A program made the position numbers and the translations under genes. Shown piece after piece: positions 29,325-43,590 of a stretch of 64,000 bases of DNA. The notes beneath the pieces are model-generated. The model did no database searches and was not told the origin of the DNA. It saw nothing but the letters and a program-made list of their open reading frames with translations. The DNA is from Octopus vulgaris (lineage: Eukaryota). Where the stretch lies: contig OX597826.1 in the NCBI GenBank assembly GCA_951406725.2, forward strand, positions 69,006,001 to 69,070,000, read 5' to 3'. Numbering within the stretch: the first letter of the stretch is position 1; every line of letters begins with the position of its first letter.

Positions 29325-30333
29325 TTCTTTTCTACTCTCGGCACAAGGCCTGCAATTTTGGGATAGGGAAGGGCCAGTCGATTAGATTGACCCCAGTATG
29401 CAACTGGTACTTAATTCATTGACCCTGAATGGATGAAAGGCAAAGTCAACCTCGGTGGAATTTGAACTTAGAACGTAGAGACAGATGAAATACCTATTTC
29501 TTTATTACCCACAAGGGGCTAAACATAGAGGGGACAAACAAGGACAGACATAGGTATTAAGTCGATTGCATCGACCCCAGTGCGTAACTGGTACTTAATT
29601 TATCGACCCCGAAAGGATAAAAGGCAAAGTCGACCTCGGCGGAATTTGAACTCACAACGTAACGCAGACGAAATACCTATTTTTTTATTACCCACAAGGG
29701 GCTAAACACAGAGGGGACAAACAAGGACAGACATAGGTATTAAGTCGATTACATCGACCCCAAGTGCGTAACTGGTACTAAATTTATCGACCCCGAAAGG
29801 ATAAAAGGCAAAGTCGACCTCGGCGGAATTTGAACTCACAACGTAACGCAGACGAAATACCTATTTTTTTATTACCCACAAGGGGCTAAACACAGAGGGG
29901 ACAAACAAGGACAGACATAGGTATTAAGTCGATTACATCGACCCCAAGTGCGCAACTGGTACTAAATTTATCGACCCCGAAAGGATGAAAGGCAAAGTCG
30001 ACCTCGGCGGAATTTGAACTCACAACGTAACGCAGACGAAATACCGCTAAGCATTTCGCCCGGCGTGCTAACGTTTCTGCCAGCTCGCCGCCAACGTAAC
30101 GCAGACGAAATACCGCTAAGCATTTCGCCCGGCGTGCTAACGTTTCTGCCAGCTCGCCGCCAACGTAACGCAGACGAAATACCGCTAAGCATTTCGCCCG
30201 GCGTGCTAACGTTTCTGCCAGCTCGCCGCCAACGTAACGCAGACGAAATACCGCTAAGCATTTCGCCCGGCGTGCTAACGTTTCTGCCAGCTCGCCGCCA
30301 ACGTAACGCAGACGAAATACCGCTATGCATTTC
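29325..30333 (-). mobile_element. SINE family B concatemer: 4.5 x 69-bp heads, 3 x 183/184-bp bodies, 1 variant-tail body
   Basis: Body units start at 29491, 29674, 29858; head units at 30024, 30093, 30162, 30231, 30300. Confidence 0.9.
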
Positions 30334-30336
30334 ATC

Positions 30337-30508
30337 GAGATGCTTAGCGGTATTTCGTGTCTTTACGTTTTGAGTTCAAATTCCACCGAGATCGGTTTTG
30401 TCTTTTATCCTTTCGGTGTCGATAAATGTAAGTACCAGTTGCGTATTGGGGTCGATCTAATCGACTAGCTCCTTTCCCCAAATTTCGGGCCTAGAATAGA
30501 AAAGGATA
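30337..30508 (+). mobile_element. SINE family B variant, 5'-truncated, head-to-head with the concatemer
   Basis: GAGATGCTTAGCGGTATTTCGT..GAGTTCAAATTCC..GTCGATAAA..TACCAG. Confidence 0.85.
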
Positions 30509-30812
30509 TTTCACTTCCACCTTATAGTCTACTACCGACCATTATGCAGAAGGAGCTTTCATACAGCACGCATGGACTCTCCTTTCATCAGTGTAATCAA
30601 GATGTGTGTCAGTGACTTTCAGACATTACTCAACAAAGTATAGATGCTAACATACTTCAATGTTAATGTTTCCATATACGGAAACACTGAGCCTTGTAAA
30701 ATATACATACAATCAGGTCTTTAATCTGTTTAATCTAAAAAGATTGCAATTTACATGAATGTTCTCTCCAAGAAATGCTACGCAAGATCCCGGTTTTACG
30801 ATAAACTGCTCC

Positions 30813-31968
30813 GTGCGTGTATACGTGTGTGTATGTGTGTGTGTGTGCGTCTTTGTGTATATATGCGTGTGTGTGTGTGTGTGCGTGTTTGTGTATATAT
30901 GCGTGTGTGTGTGTGCGTGTTTGTGTATATATGCGTGTGTGTGTGTGTGTGCGTGTTTGTGTATATATGCGTGTGTGTGTGTGTGTGCGTGTTTGTGTAT
31001 ATATGCGTGTGTGTGTGTGTGTGCGTGTTTGTGTATATATGCGTTTGTGTGTGTGTGTGCGTGTTTGTGTATATATGCGTGTGTGTGTGTGTGTGCGTGT
31101 TTGTGTATATATGCGTGTGTGTGTGTGTGCGTGTTTGTGTATATATGCGTGTGTGTGTGTGTGTGCGTGTTTGTGTATATATGCGTGTGTGTGTGTGTGT
31201 GTGCGTGTTTGTGTATATATGCGTGTTTGTGTATATATGCGTGTGTGTGTGTGTGTGCGTGTGTTTGTGTATATATGCGTGTGTGTGTGTGTGTGAGTGT
31301 TTGTGTATATATGAGTGTGTGTGTGTGTGTGAGTGTTTGTGTATATATGAGTGTGTGTGTGTGTGTGGGTGTTTGTGTATATGTGAGTGTGTGTGTGTGT
31401 GTGCGTGTTTGTGTATATATGCGTGTGTGTGTGTGTGTGCGTGTTTGTGTATATATGCGTGTGTGTGTGTGTGTGCGTGTTTGTGTATATATGCGTGTGT
31501 GTGTGTGTGTGCGTGTTTGTGTATATATGCGTGTGTGTGTGTGTGCGTGTTTGTGTATATATGCGTGTGTGTGTGTGTGCGTGTTTGTGTATATATGCGT
31601 GTGTGTGTGTGTGTGCGTGTTTGTGTATATATGCGTGTGTGTGTGTGTGCGTGTTTGTGTATATATGCGTGTGTGTGTGTGTGTGCGTGTTTGTGTATAT
31701 ATGCGTGTGTGTATGTGTGTGCGTGTTTGTGTATATATGCGTGTGTGTGTGTGTGTGCGTGTTTGTGTATATATGCGTGTGTGTGTGTGTGTGCGTGTTT
31801 GTGTATATATGCGTGTGTGTGTGTGTGCGTGTTTGTGTATATATGCGTGTGTGTGTGTGTGTGTGCGTGTTTGTGTATATATGCGTGTGTGTGTGTGTGT
31901 GCGTGTTTGTGTATATATGCGTGTGTGTGTGTGTGTGCGTGTTTGTGTATATATGCGTGTGTGTGTGA
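30813..31968. repeat. Minisatellite of GCGTGTTTGTGTATATATGC(GT)n units (~30-36 bp, about 33 copies)
   Basis: Fixed core with a variable (GT)n spacer; produces the 410-457 aa pseudo-ORFs. Confidence 0.95.
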
Positions 31969-32132
31969 GAAAGAGTGTGTATGTGTGTGTCTGTATGGCA
32001 CTAAGAGTGTGTGTATCAGTGTGTGTAAGTGCATGAGCTTGTGTGTGTGTTGCTGTATAAATATACATACGTATGTGCATGTGCAAACACTTGGACTTAT
32101 AGATTAATCAATCTCTATCTCTGATCCTGTAT

Positions 32133-32215
<83 letters not shown>

Positions 32216-32268
32216 GTTACACATGTATATATAAGTTTGTGCATGTGTGTGTGTCTGTCTATATGTAC

Positions 32269-32316
<48 letters not shown>

Positions 32317-32325
32317 TTATGAATG

Positions 32326-32373
<48 letters not shown>

Positions 32374-32393
32374 TACCTCAATATATATATATT

Positions 32394-32607
32394 GCCCAAT
32401 GGCCCAGTGGTTAGGGCAGCGGACTTGCGGTCGGAGGATCGCAGTTTCGATTCCCAGACCGGGCGTTGTGTGTGTTTATTGAGCGAAAACACCTAAAAGC
32501 TCCACGAGGCTCCGGCAGGGGATGGTGGTGATCCCTGCTGTACTCTTTCACCACTCTAAAGGCGGTGCTCCAGCATGGCCGCAGTCAAATGACTGAAACA
32601 AGTACAA

Positions 32608-32624
<17 letters not shown>
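32394..32624 (+). mobile_element. Chimeric SINE: family C 5' half + family A 3' end + poly(A)
   Basis: Matches 16466-16627 up to TTTCACCAC, then CTAAAGGCGGTGCTCCAGCATGG..AAACAAGTA. Confidence 0.8.
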
Positions 32625-32648
<24 letters not shown>

Positions 32649-32702
32649 ACGCACATACAGATAAACATATACGTACTGAAGCATTTATATATCCACACAT
32701 AG

Positions 32703-32743
<41 letters not shown>

Positions 32744-33149
32744 CATACATATTTATATGTGCGCATTTGTGTTTGTGTTTGTTTGTGTTTGTAGTTGTAC
32801 ACAAAGTGAAAGAGAACAAGATATAAAGAAAGGCAACAGAAAGGGATTCATACGTTAAAATAGATTATAGAAAATAATATGATAATACAAGATATAGATT
32901 AGTGCTGTATTTCATGTTCAACAATCGTCATGGCGACCTATATTAGATTTAAATAAGAACGATGTATATGAAAAATTAAAACCTATAATCCAGATTCTCC
33001 TTTAATTAAGGAAATAAAGAACACTTAATCCGCTAAGATCCGATGTTTATTCTGCTGAAGTAGAATAACATAATAGCATTTAATCTCTTCAAAACCCCTC
33101 TGAATATGCATATGAATGTATAAGCATGTATACTGAGTATAACTTTATT

Positions 33150-33207
<58 letters not shown>

Positions 33208-33439
33208 TGAATGCATGTATGTATGTATGTATGTATGTATGTATGTATGTATGCATATTTATGTATTTATGTATGCTGTATGTATGTATGCATGTATGCT
33301 TGTGTGATGTCTATATGTATATATGTATGTATGTGTGTGTGTCTTTCTACATATATTTATATATTATATACATGTATCTATAAATATATGTATTTATATA
33401 TATGTAAGTATGTATATCCATATACATATATATATATAT

Positions 33440-33501
<62 letters not shown>

Positions 33502-33779
33502 GCACACACACATATATATGCACATATAGAAATACATAATATGTACGTGCGTATATATATATACATGTATCCACGAATGTACGAGAGTAAATCTTCATAT
33601 CTCTTTGCAGACACGTATAGAGATAGATATATATGTATGTGTTTGTATGTGTGTGTTTGGCCGTGTGTGTGTCTGTCTGTCGGCATTTCTGTTTAAATAT
33701 GATTACAATGTAAATATTTACAGATCTGTACTCATGCAAATGTTGGTTTTATGACTCACCATAGGTATACATGTGTGTG

Positions 33780-33822
<43 letters not shown>

Positions 33823-33854
33823 ATAGATAGATAGATAGATATATAGATATATAA

Positions 33855-34055
33855 AGTTGTGCTGAAATGTTCTTGGTTTTAATGATATCGCGAAAGGCCT
33901 GTTTAGAGGCCCAACCTGAGATCATCTACAGGGTTTAGAAAAACTGAAGGACGGCTGTAAAATGTGCAGGAATTTCTGAGAGGGGAATACGTTAAACAAG
34001 ATAATAGACTAATTCTCCTGTGTTTTTATGCCCAAAGCCAGAAATCTTTCACGTG
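33855..34055 (+). mobile_element. Degenerate mariner-derived MITE
   Basis: TIR-like GCTGAAATGTTCTTGGTTTT / AAAGCCAGAAATCTTTCA; internal LEKLKDGCK..LRGEYV resembles a mariner C-terminus. Confidence 0.55.
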
Positions 34056-34091
34056 TATGTATATCTATATATTTATATATATACATATATA

Positions 34092-34117
<26 letters not shown>

Positions 34118-34122
<5 letters not shown>

Positions 34123-34332
34123 CCTTCAACATGTGATCCCTTAAGCACCACCAGCTCAAATATTGTCTCCTCTGTCTTCCCTCCTTGGGATCTTTCCTTC
34201 TCCTTGTTTCCGACGAAGAGCTCCGCTCGAAACGTTAAACCCTCCTTCCCTTCTTTCCTGAGCGTCAATAATACTTTAATTGTTCCACGTCCTGCGTTGC
34301 TGTGTTTTTTCTTTTTTTCTCTTTTTTTCTGT
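34118..34332 (+). mobile_element. Penelope pseudo-LTR-like fragment in (TA)n
   Basis: Contains a minimal hammerhead fold at 34206-34240 and a T-rich tail. Confidence 0.55.
34206..34240 (+). ncRNA. Minimal (dimeric type I) hammerhead ribozyme-like motif
   Basis: GTTT-CCGACGA-A-GAGC tcc GCTC-GAAACGTT-AAAC: stem I, stem II, palindromic AACGTT stem III; U4->C in the core. Confidence 0.55.
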
Positions 34333-34347
34333 GTTTTCTTGTTTGGA

Positions 34348-34388
<41 letters not shown>

Positions 34389-34396
34389 TATATGTA

Positions 34397-34453
<57 letters not shown>

Positions 34454-35072
34454 TCACACATATATATACGTGTGTGTTTGTGTGCAATAGTAAACACCTA
34501 ATATAATAATGAGCGTAGTGTTTTTATATATTGGTATATATATGTATATATTTCTCCAAAATCAAGCAGTAGGGGTGAAGGTAGAGGTGAGAAAATAGTA
34601 ATTCAGTGGAGGAGAAGTAGTGAGAGTAATAGCCTGGCCGAGAGGGCGTGTGAGTAAGTAATAGCAATGAGAGTGAGTCAGTGGTAAAGAAAGAATCGCG
34701 TATCTACTACTATAATTATCTACTATAATAATACTCTTGTGTATCTACGTAAATAGAGTAAATAAATTTTTGATTGCTTTTAAATATTTCGGCATAAAAA
34801 TTCATTACCCCCACACAATATGCTATCGTTACCATCGAGTAACTTCTTTCAGAACAACAACAGAAACACACAAACATCAACAGTCAGCCACCCCAAATCT
34901 AACGAAAATTTTGTATGTATTAAAATAAACTACTGTCATCCACCCGTTTCTTCCATAAATATTACTAACAACATTAAGAAAATCTTCTGCAATCTGTCGT
35001 CAAGACATCGTTGATAAGCATACCGCGTATTATGATAGTGCATAAGACAAGGAAACCATTGTTTTGAGTAAC

Positions 35073-36180
35073 GTATGCATGTATGTATGTTTGTATGTAT
35101 GTATGTATGTATGTATGTATGTATGTATGTATGTATGTATGTATGTATGTATGTATGTATGCATGTATGTATGTATGCATGCATGCATGTATGTATGTAT
35201 GTAAGTATGTATGTATATATGTATGTATGCATGCATGTATGTATGTATGTATGTATGTATGTATGTATGTGTGTATGCATGCATGTATGTTCGTATGTAT
35301 GTATGTATCTATGTATGTATGTATGTATGTATGTATGCATGTGTGTGTATGCATGTATGTATGTATGTATGGATGGATGGATGGATGGATGGATGGGTGG
35401 ATGGATGGATGGGTGGATGGATTGATGCATAAACTTATGTAGATATATGTGCGTGTGTGTATATACATACATATTTGAAATGAATGTATACCTTCATACA
35501 TGTATGTGTGAATTCATATATGGATATATGCGTGTGCACGCACACATACATACACACACACGTGTGTGTGTATGTAGCTTGCACTCTCAACCCCACGCAT
35601 ACACGTATACACAACCGCATACACACACATATACACACGCACGTACACGCGCACACACAACTCCATACACGCACACATACATGCAGTCACAACTACACGC
35701 ACATACAAATAAACACGCACACGCATACACGCGCAGAAAATCGCACATATACCTTCCCACACAACTCCTCATTCAACCACACATCCACACACACGTACAT
35801 ACACATGTACACACGCACATACATTCACACGCACACACGTATATACACTCACACACATACGCAAACACGCACAAGCAAATAAACCCACACATACCTCCCA
35901 TACACAGCAACACGCACTCATATATACACACACCATACACACACAAGACACACTCATACATACACGCACACAATTATACATACATGAACACAGACATGCA
36001 CATATAAGCACACACAAACACACATAGAGTAACTTACATTTACTCCACAGACACAACCACCACACAACCACACGCGTACACATATACCCACACGCACGCA
36101 CACATACATACACACACAGACACACTATGCACGCAAAACACACACACACAACATATGCATACACGCACGCACACATACTT
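35073..36180. repeat. (TATG)n, (GGAT)n and decayed (CA)n tracts
   Basis: Direct observation. Confidence 0.95.
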
Positions 36181-36299
36181 CAAACTACCATTTAAACACC
36201 TTTCTACTGACCATTCTTCTACACACGTGTGTAGGGAGACACACAACAGACAGCCTCTCCTACCAAAATTCTTACTATAAATTCTTCCTACGACACTAG

Positions 36300-36701
36300 T
36301 CCAACGAATTTTGACCGAGGAACTGCGAATGCCAAGAGTTGCTGCAAAATTTGTACCTAACTTACGCATGGAAGGAAGTTCAAAAGCAGTCACGACTAAT
36401 GCGTGTCATGAACCGAAGGAACAGTTGATCCGGACCTTTATTCGAAGGTCATCACTAGTGACTAAAGCCGGTGCTACGAAATTTGCAGACGTGAAAGAGG
36501 TGAAGAAAAATACGTCGAAAGCATTAAAATGCCCCACTTTGCAAGAGTTACAGCACTGCTTCGAAGAGTGGAAAACGCGTCTGGACCGATGCATTGCTTC
36601 TCATGGGGAATACTGTGAAATCGATAAAAGTGTAAGCATGTAAAACTAAGAGAATAATATAATATTGCAAAATTCTGGTTTCTGTTGTGTATCCCTTCGT
36701 A
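36300..36701 (+). mobile_element. Internally deleted mariner transposase pseudogene
   Basis: ILTEELRMPRVAAKFVP (N-terminal mariner motif) joined to FADVKEVK..QHCFEEWKTRLDRCIASHGEY (C-terminal motif); TIR-like end ..CCCTTCGTA. Confidence 0.8.
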
Positions 36702-37478
36702 TATATGCAGATCATTTGTATAAAAAGGTGTGAATATCAAATGCTTAATAATAATTAATTCAGTCAGTGATGTCAACTATGACTGTCGTCTGCTGTTTCT
36801 TGTGGTCCGAAAACTTCACTTTCTCCCATGGTAATAGTGTTGATGGCTGAGAAACCAAATCGTCATACGAAACAGACATTCTTTTAAATGGGACGGAAGA
36901 AATGTTGGCGTACCTGATTGTCGCAATTGTTGTTGTTGCTGTTGTTGTATCTTGCGTTCTTTATATATTCTTCAATTGTTCTTTTGACTACAATAAGATC
37001 AGTTCCGGTGGTGACGAAATGACGGCAGCTGGAACTGTTCTGGGCTTTAGTTTCGCAAGTTTTTGTCTCAGTTCCAGCTATTTTGTAGCTTGAAATTAGT
37101 TGGCCTTCGTAATTGAGGAAATGATATCTTTGTGGCTGTCTTTGTTCCCGGTAGTTAATTCACTGAAGGTGATTTCACGATGAAATATCTCTTCTTTCAC
37201 AAGTGCTAGTCATCGAAGCCGATGTTTTATCATAGCGGAATCCATGCTTCAACAGTTCACCTTTTCAAGAACATTAGACTATAAAACACACCGAATATAA
37301 AACACATTCACACACACAAACAGAGAGGCACACACACACACACACATACACACACACACACACACACGCACACACACACAATACACACATGCATACATGC
37401 GCACATATATCCACGCGCGCATACGTTTATACATTCAAGCATACATACATGTGTATATATGTATATACACACGCACAC

Positions 37479-37546
<68 letters not shown>

Positions 37547-37553
37547 GACAGAC

Positions 37554-37601
<48 letters not shown>

Positions 37602-38242
37602 GCAGATATGTATATATATATATATGTATGTCCGTGCATGTATGTCTACTTGCCTGTGTTTGTATAGGTCTATGTATATATTTGTATGTGTGTACGTAAC
37701 CGTAGACGCCTGTGATCAATACATCAATATTTATGCAGATCAATATTTATACGAGAGCACTTACGTAATATGGCATAACCTAATGACTGTATGCACTTCA
37801 ATATATAGGTATATACGCTTATATCATTCTTCGCATATATATATATATATATAATAACTTGTACCTAAGGGTATTTCTCTATATGTGTTTATGTGTTTAT
37901 ACGTATGCGTCTGTATGAGTCTCTGTGTTATACATATGTACGTACGAATGAATATAAAATTGTGATGGTATTTTGTGTTCCTCTGTCTGAGCATGTACTT
38001 ATGCCTAAGTATGATAATGAGTGATAATCTATGTTTGTATTTTGTATATATGTATGTGTGTCTCTTATATGCAGTTTCTGTACGGTTTTTGTACGGCGTG
38101 GGATTTTGTCTGCGCATGCGTGCTTAATGGTAAATATAACATTCCGTAAGCGTGGTTCTATGTGTGTCACTTCTAGGTCAACATATATTTAATAGCTGTA
38201 TTATTTTACTCTTTTGAGTAAAATAATACAACTTTTTTTTTT

Positions 38243-38366
38243 TACTTGCTTCTGTCATTTTCACTGCGGCCATGCTGGAATGCCGCCTTCAAGAGTTTTA
38301 AGCAAAAAAAAATCGACCCCATGATTTATTTTTTAATCCTTGTACTTACTCTATTGATCTCTGTTT
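38243..38366 (-). mobile_element. SINE family A, diverged 3' fragment
   Basis: TTACTTGCTTCTGTCATT..CTGCGGCCATGCTGGA..ATCGACCCC. Confidence 0.6.
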
Positions 38367-38404
38367 GTCTACCTACCTACCTACCTACCTACCTATATAT
38401 TTAA

Positions 38405-38645
<241 letters not shown>

Positions 38646-38646
<1 letters not shown>

Positions 38647-38970
38647 GTTTCTTTATTGGCCACACAGAGCTGCACACAGATGGGACAAGTTACAAGGTAG
38701 AGCTTTTCTTTTGGGGGATGAAAAAAACAAAAAACAAAAGAAACAAAAATAAAATAGATATGTTTCTTTATTAGACACACAGAGCTGAACACAGAAAGAC
38801 AAATTTCGAAGTAGACCTTTTCTTTTTGGGGAGAAAAAAGGGGAGGTTGGTTTTCGATCAAAAGGGATCGTAAAAAAAGGAAAGAAAGAGAAGAAAAAGA
38901 AATAAAAAAATCGATGAATAGGGATCGTGTATCACAGAAATCTCATGATGTAAAATGTAAAGGATGAAAC
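38646..38970 (-). mobile_element. Two tandem 3'-UTR fragments of the Tx1-like element (38646-38754, 38761-38970)
   Basis: Homologous to 45948-46195 (GTTTCTTTATT.GCCACACAG.GCTG.ACACAGA..GATCAAAAGGGATCGTAAAA..ATCACAGAAAT); flanked by (GATA)n. Confidence 0.85.
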
Positions 38971-39017
<47 letters not shown>

Positions 39018-39471
39018 AAGATAGACAGACAGACACACAGACATACAGACAGACAGATTTGTGCTTGTTTGTCTCCGTGCGTTTATATATGAGAGCCAAT
39101 GTGATTTAATTTGAGTATATATAAGACAAGGAATTTGGATTCGTTTCGTTTCTAAGTGTTCGAATGCGTAATTATCCATAGGTACACATACACACACACG
39201 CAAGTACACATACACGCACTCTCACGCACATCCATATACGAGAATGTATGTGTGTCTGCGCTTCGCTTACATCTGCGTATCTGTCTGTGCGCTCGTCAGT
39301 GATTCTGTGTGCGTATGTATCGACATTGACGACACACATATATCAACTGTCTATTTAGTGCTACATAAATATCTGGTAATTATGTATATTTATCAAGAAT
39401 GATAAATATACTCTAAAGTTATTATTCTTTATTATACAAACACACATACACACCTATGTTTGTATATACGA

Positions 39472-39514
<43 letters not shown>

Positions 39515-40182
39515 GACAGACAGACAGATGTGTAACATATGTAAGAATGTATGTACGTATGCAGTAACAGACAACCTCTTCCACTCTCTGTAATTAATTA
39601 TTGATCTAGGAACACGCACACACACACACGCACAAACATGTATCTATGTATGCATGTATGTATATATAAATATATAGATACATTTATATATATTTATATA
39701 TAAGCATTATAAATGTATATATATATATATATGTATATACATATATATAGAAATATATGTATTATGTATATACATGTATATATATATATATATATTTATA
39801 TACATATATATATGTATATATATATATATATTTATATATATAAATATTTATATACATATATATATATATGTATATATATATTTGTCTATGTATATATATA
39901 TACATGCATATATATATGTGTGTGTATGTGTGTAAATACGTATTTTCACTAGTATGTCCATAAAAGCAAGCGCCTACGTCACGAAAAGTGTGTCTGTCTC
40001 TGAGTGGATGAAGTTACAGTGCTGCAGAAGGTAGACACAACATAATGATAACTAATAAACAGTAATAAATAAAGTATTATTTTGACAGTCAGACATAACA
40101 GATATAACAAAAGATAGGGAAACAATGATGAAAGATGACTTTGTTTATATATTCTTCAATTATTATTATTATTATTATTATC

Positions 40183-40244
<62 letters not shown>

Positions 40245-41389
40245 TTATACACCTCCGTTGTTGGACTGTGGCCATGCTAAAGAACCTATTCGTTTCCTCA
40301 ACCAAATCACTTCCGGTGCTTATTCGAAGTCCTTTACTTATTTTACGGGTTTTCTGTTTTTCGTTTGTTGCCGGAACAGCTATGTCACAACAACGTGGTC
40401 AACTAACCAACACTTCTTGTCAAACATCGAAACGCAAACACTCACCCACGCACACACACACACACACACACACACTGACAAGCAAACCTGTAGTGTTGAG
40501 CAAGATATTTGCTGTAACGATAGATCTGCTGCAGCATCTCAGCGCTGAATCTGTCTGAAATGTCATGTAAAATAATTCGGCTTCAAAACATTGATGTCAA
40601 AGTCACAAAAGCAAGGTTTGAAGAGAATAGCAGTCGTTTCCTTTGATTTCTAGATAGAAGCAAATTGGAAATAACACTTTCTGACCAAATACGAAAATAA
40701 ATAAAAATTTTGTTATACGCTGTAACTGATGTGAACACATAGTATATTAAATATTTTCTTTGATAGAAAAAAGGATTATCCAGCATAATTCCAATGCCAA
40801 GCATGAACTTAGTAACCTCATTAGCTGATAATCACAATGTTCTTTACGAATCCACAGTTAAAAATGGCTTAAGCAAATTAGAGGGTCTAATTCGCATATA
40901 TAACATCTTAATTATTCTAATTGGTATTTTATCGGTACTTTGCTTAAATGCCACGTTGTGATATCGATCACGATCTTATCTATTTTAACGGCCAATACTG
41001 TATTTAATAATGGATAGGTGCAAATGCAATATTTTATACGAAGTATTTTCTTGGATTCGAAACAAGGAATCAGCCGGAGTAGTTTCAAGCCTTCTATTAG
41101 GATTCCATCAAAGTTTGGAAAAGTCTATGCACCATTGACTTCGGGCTTAGGTCAAATGGCTAAACAAACGTACTTGCAAGGCGTTTTGATGCCATGGAGT
41201 ATGATAATTATTTCAGTGGTGCAAAATGCAATATTTTATACGACCCAAGCATTTCCTAAGCAGTTCTATATGTTTTGTAAGAAATAATTATTATTATTAT
41301 TATTATTATAATGAGGCTAACTCATGGAGAGTCAAGCCGCTTGACAAAGATTAACCTTAAACGCTGCTGTGTATGCGTAATACATTTTA

Positions 41390-41661
41390 ACGTTCTATCT
41401 TACTTCCGCTGCTTACAGCAGTGCTTGGGAGGAGCGTGTGCAGAGTGTGACCGTCCAGTTGACCATGACAGAGAGACTTGAGTAGAGAATCTGCATCAAA
41501 TTTTGCCGAAAGTTTGGCGATACCCGCTCAGAGGCCTACGAAATTTTTCAAGAAGTTTTCATCGTTCACGACATAATTAAAGAGGTCTTGTGCAACTGAA
41601 ATCCGAGTGTCCTTTTGGTCAGCCTAAAGCGGTTTTGGTGTAAACTAGGCAGACACGCGTA
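41390..41661 (+). mobile_element. Mariner 5' fragment
   Basis: MTERLE*RICIKFCRKFGDTRSEAYEIFQEVF at 41465-41560 resembles the mariner N-terminal HTH (EQRICIKFC..LG). Confidence 0.65.
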
Positions 41662-42570
41662 TCATACCCAAATCTTCAGTGATAAGGGACTGAATTGAAC
41701 CATAACAAATCTGCACACCCTCTGACAACTCAAAGATGGAGATTTGATTACTGGTCTTACACGAACATCCTTGTCCGGACTTGTGTCTCGGAGGGGGAAC
41801 GTTTTAGGTTTGATGTTCTGATCATTGGAGATCGAAGGGGGTGTTTTATGTATAAAAGAGAAACAAGCAGCTCTCATGATGCAATCATTATTAATGTCAC
41901 ATACATGATGTATATATTTTATATAATCGCTTTCAGACTGCAGCATTTCATCCTGGAATAGTCCCCTTTATAAGAAGAGTGTTAAAAACACAGTATACCC
42001 CAAAGCCAGGCGAAACGAATCGCCCTGTACGTGAACGAGAGGAGTAGATATCTATTACTTTGCAATTATTTCAGCTCATTGATAGCTTATACGTTGTCTG
42101 TGTGTGTTTTTCTGTGTGTGTGTTTGTGTGTGAGTGTGAGTGTGTGTTTGTGTGTGCATGTGTGTGTATTGAAATAAGAAAAAAAGCGATATGACTAGTT
42201 TGAACCATGAACCAATTAGACCCCTTTAGCTGCAAACAGGTTTGCATTTTAAATCAGAAATTACAGGTACATATTCTAGAGCTACTAATATATTTAATTT
42301 GACTAACATCACACGAGAATGCTAGACTGTGTCGTGACTACTTAATCGTTTGTACATAGACCAAGCTTAACTAGTGCCTAACACATTCCATTATTAAAAT
42401 GAAATTAAACTATATTTATGACTTGGAGGAAGACAGTGAATATGAATAGCAATTTACTGTAGTGTAAACGGTTAAGATAAAATCTCGACTGTCTATGTTA
42501 TACCTAATTAGTTTTTGCGTGCGTGTATATATATATGTAAGTGTGATTATTCATATACATATACATGTAT

Positions 42571-42645
<75 letters not shown>

Positions 42646-43235
42646 GTATACATATATATAAAACATCTATATGTGTATGTGTGTGTTTGGGTACATGTAC
42701 ATATATGTACATACATAGATATATGCATGCAAACACGTATAGAAAACGTTAATATTTACGAACGAAAGTGAATGGATTAATTCACGAAACAGCAAACACT
42801 TTAAAATGTCAGTTAATTTTTCTTTCCATTGCTACACAATGCTCCGCGCTACTTACGTTTATTCATAAAGACGATGTAATAAAATGAAATGAGATCAATA
42901 CTGTCTCAGCGAGCCCTCAACAGAGGTAATTCATGCTGGATAGGGAACCGTCAGCTGGTTGATTGCATGGCAGCATATAAATATAATGTTGCTTCTTAGC
43001 TTGTCTTTAGCTACTCTGTTTAGGTGAGTTCAATCAGATTTGATCTGCCGATGTCGAAGCCGGGTATTTTACAACGATTAGGGTGTATCAATCTTGCTGA
43101 CTATGCACGCTGCGCAAATACATTATACTAGCGAAAGAGATGTTGCGAAAGAGATGTTGCCCTCATGCGACAGATTGATACTGCACCATGTATTGAAAAT
43201 TTCTTTCTCATTCGTTCGACATAAAGCAATGCACC

Positions 43236-43509
<274 letters not shown>

Positions 43510-43590
43510 AAGATAAGATCGTTATTTAAAATACCGATCATATCAGGTGGCTAGCATGGGAATAAAAACCTCATAGGTAATAATTATTAT

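Noticed and set aside
30024-30333. CRISPR-like or tRNA gene array
   Set aside because: No unique spacers and eukaryotic context; the units are SINE heads lacking the T arm and acceptor 3' half.
30713-32107. 410-457 aa His/Thr or Cys/Val ORFs
   Set aside because: Stop-free minisatellite; open on both strands.
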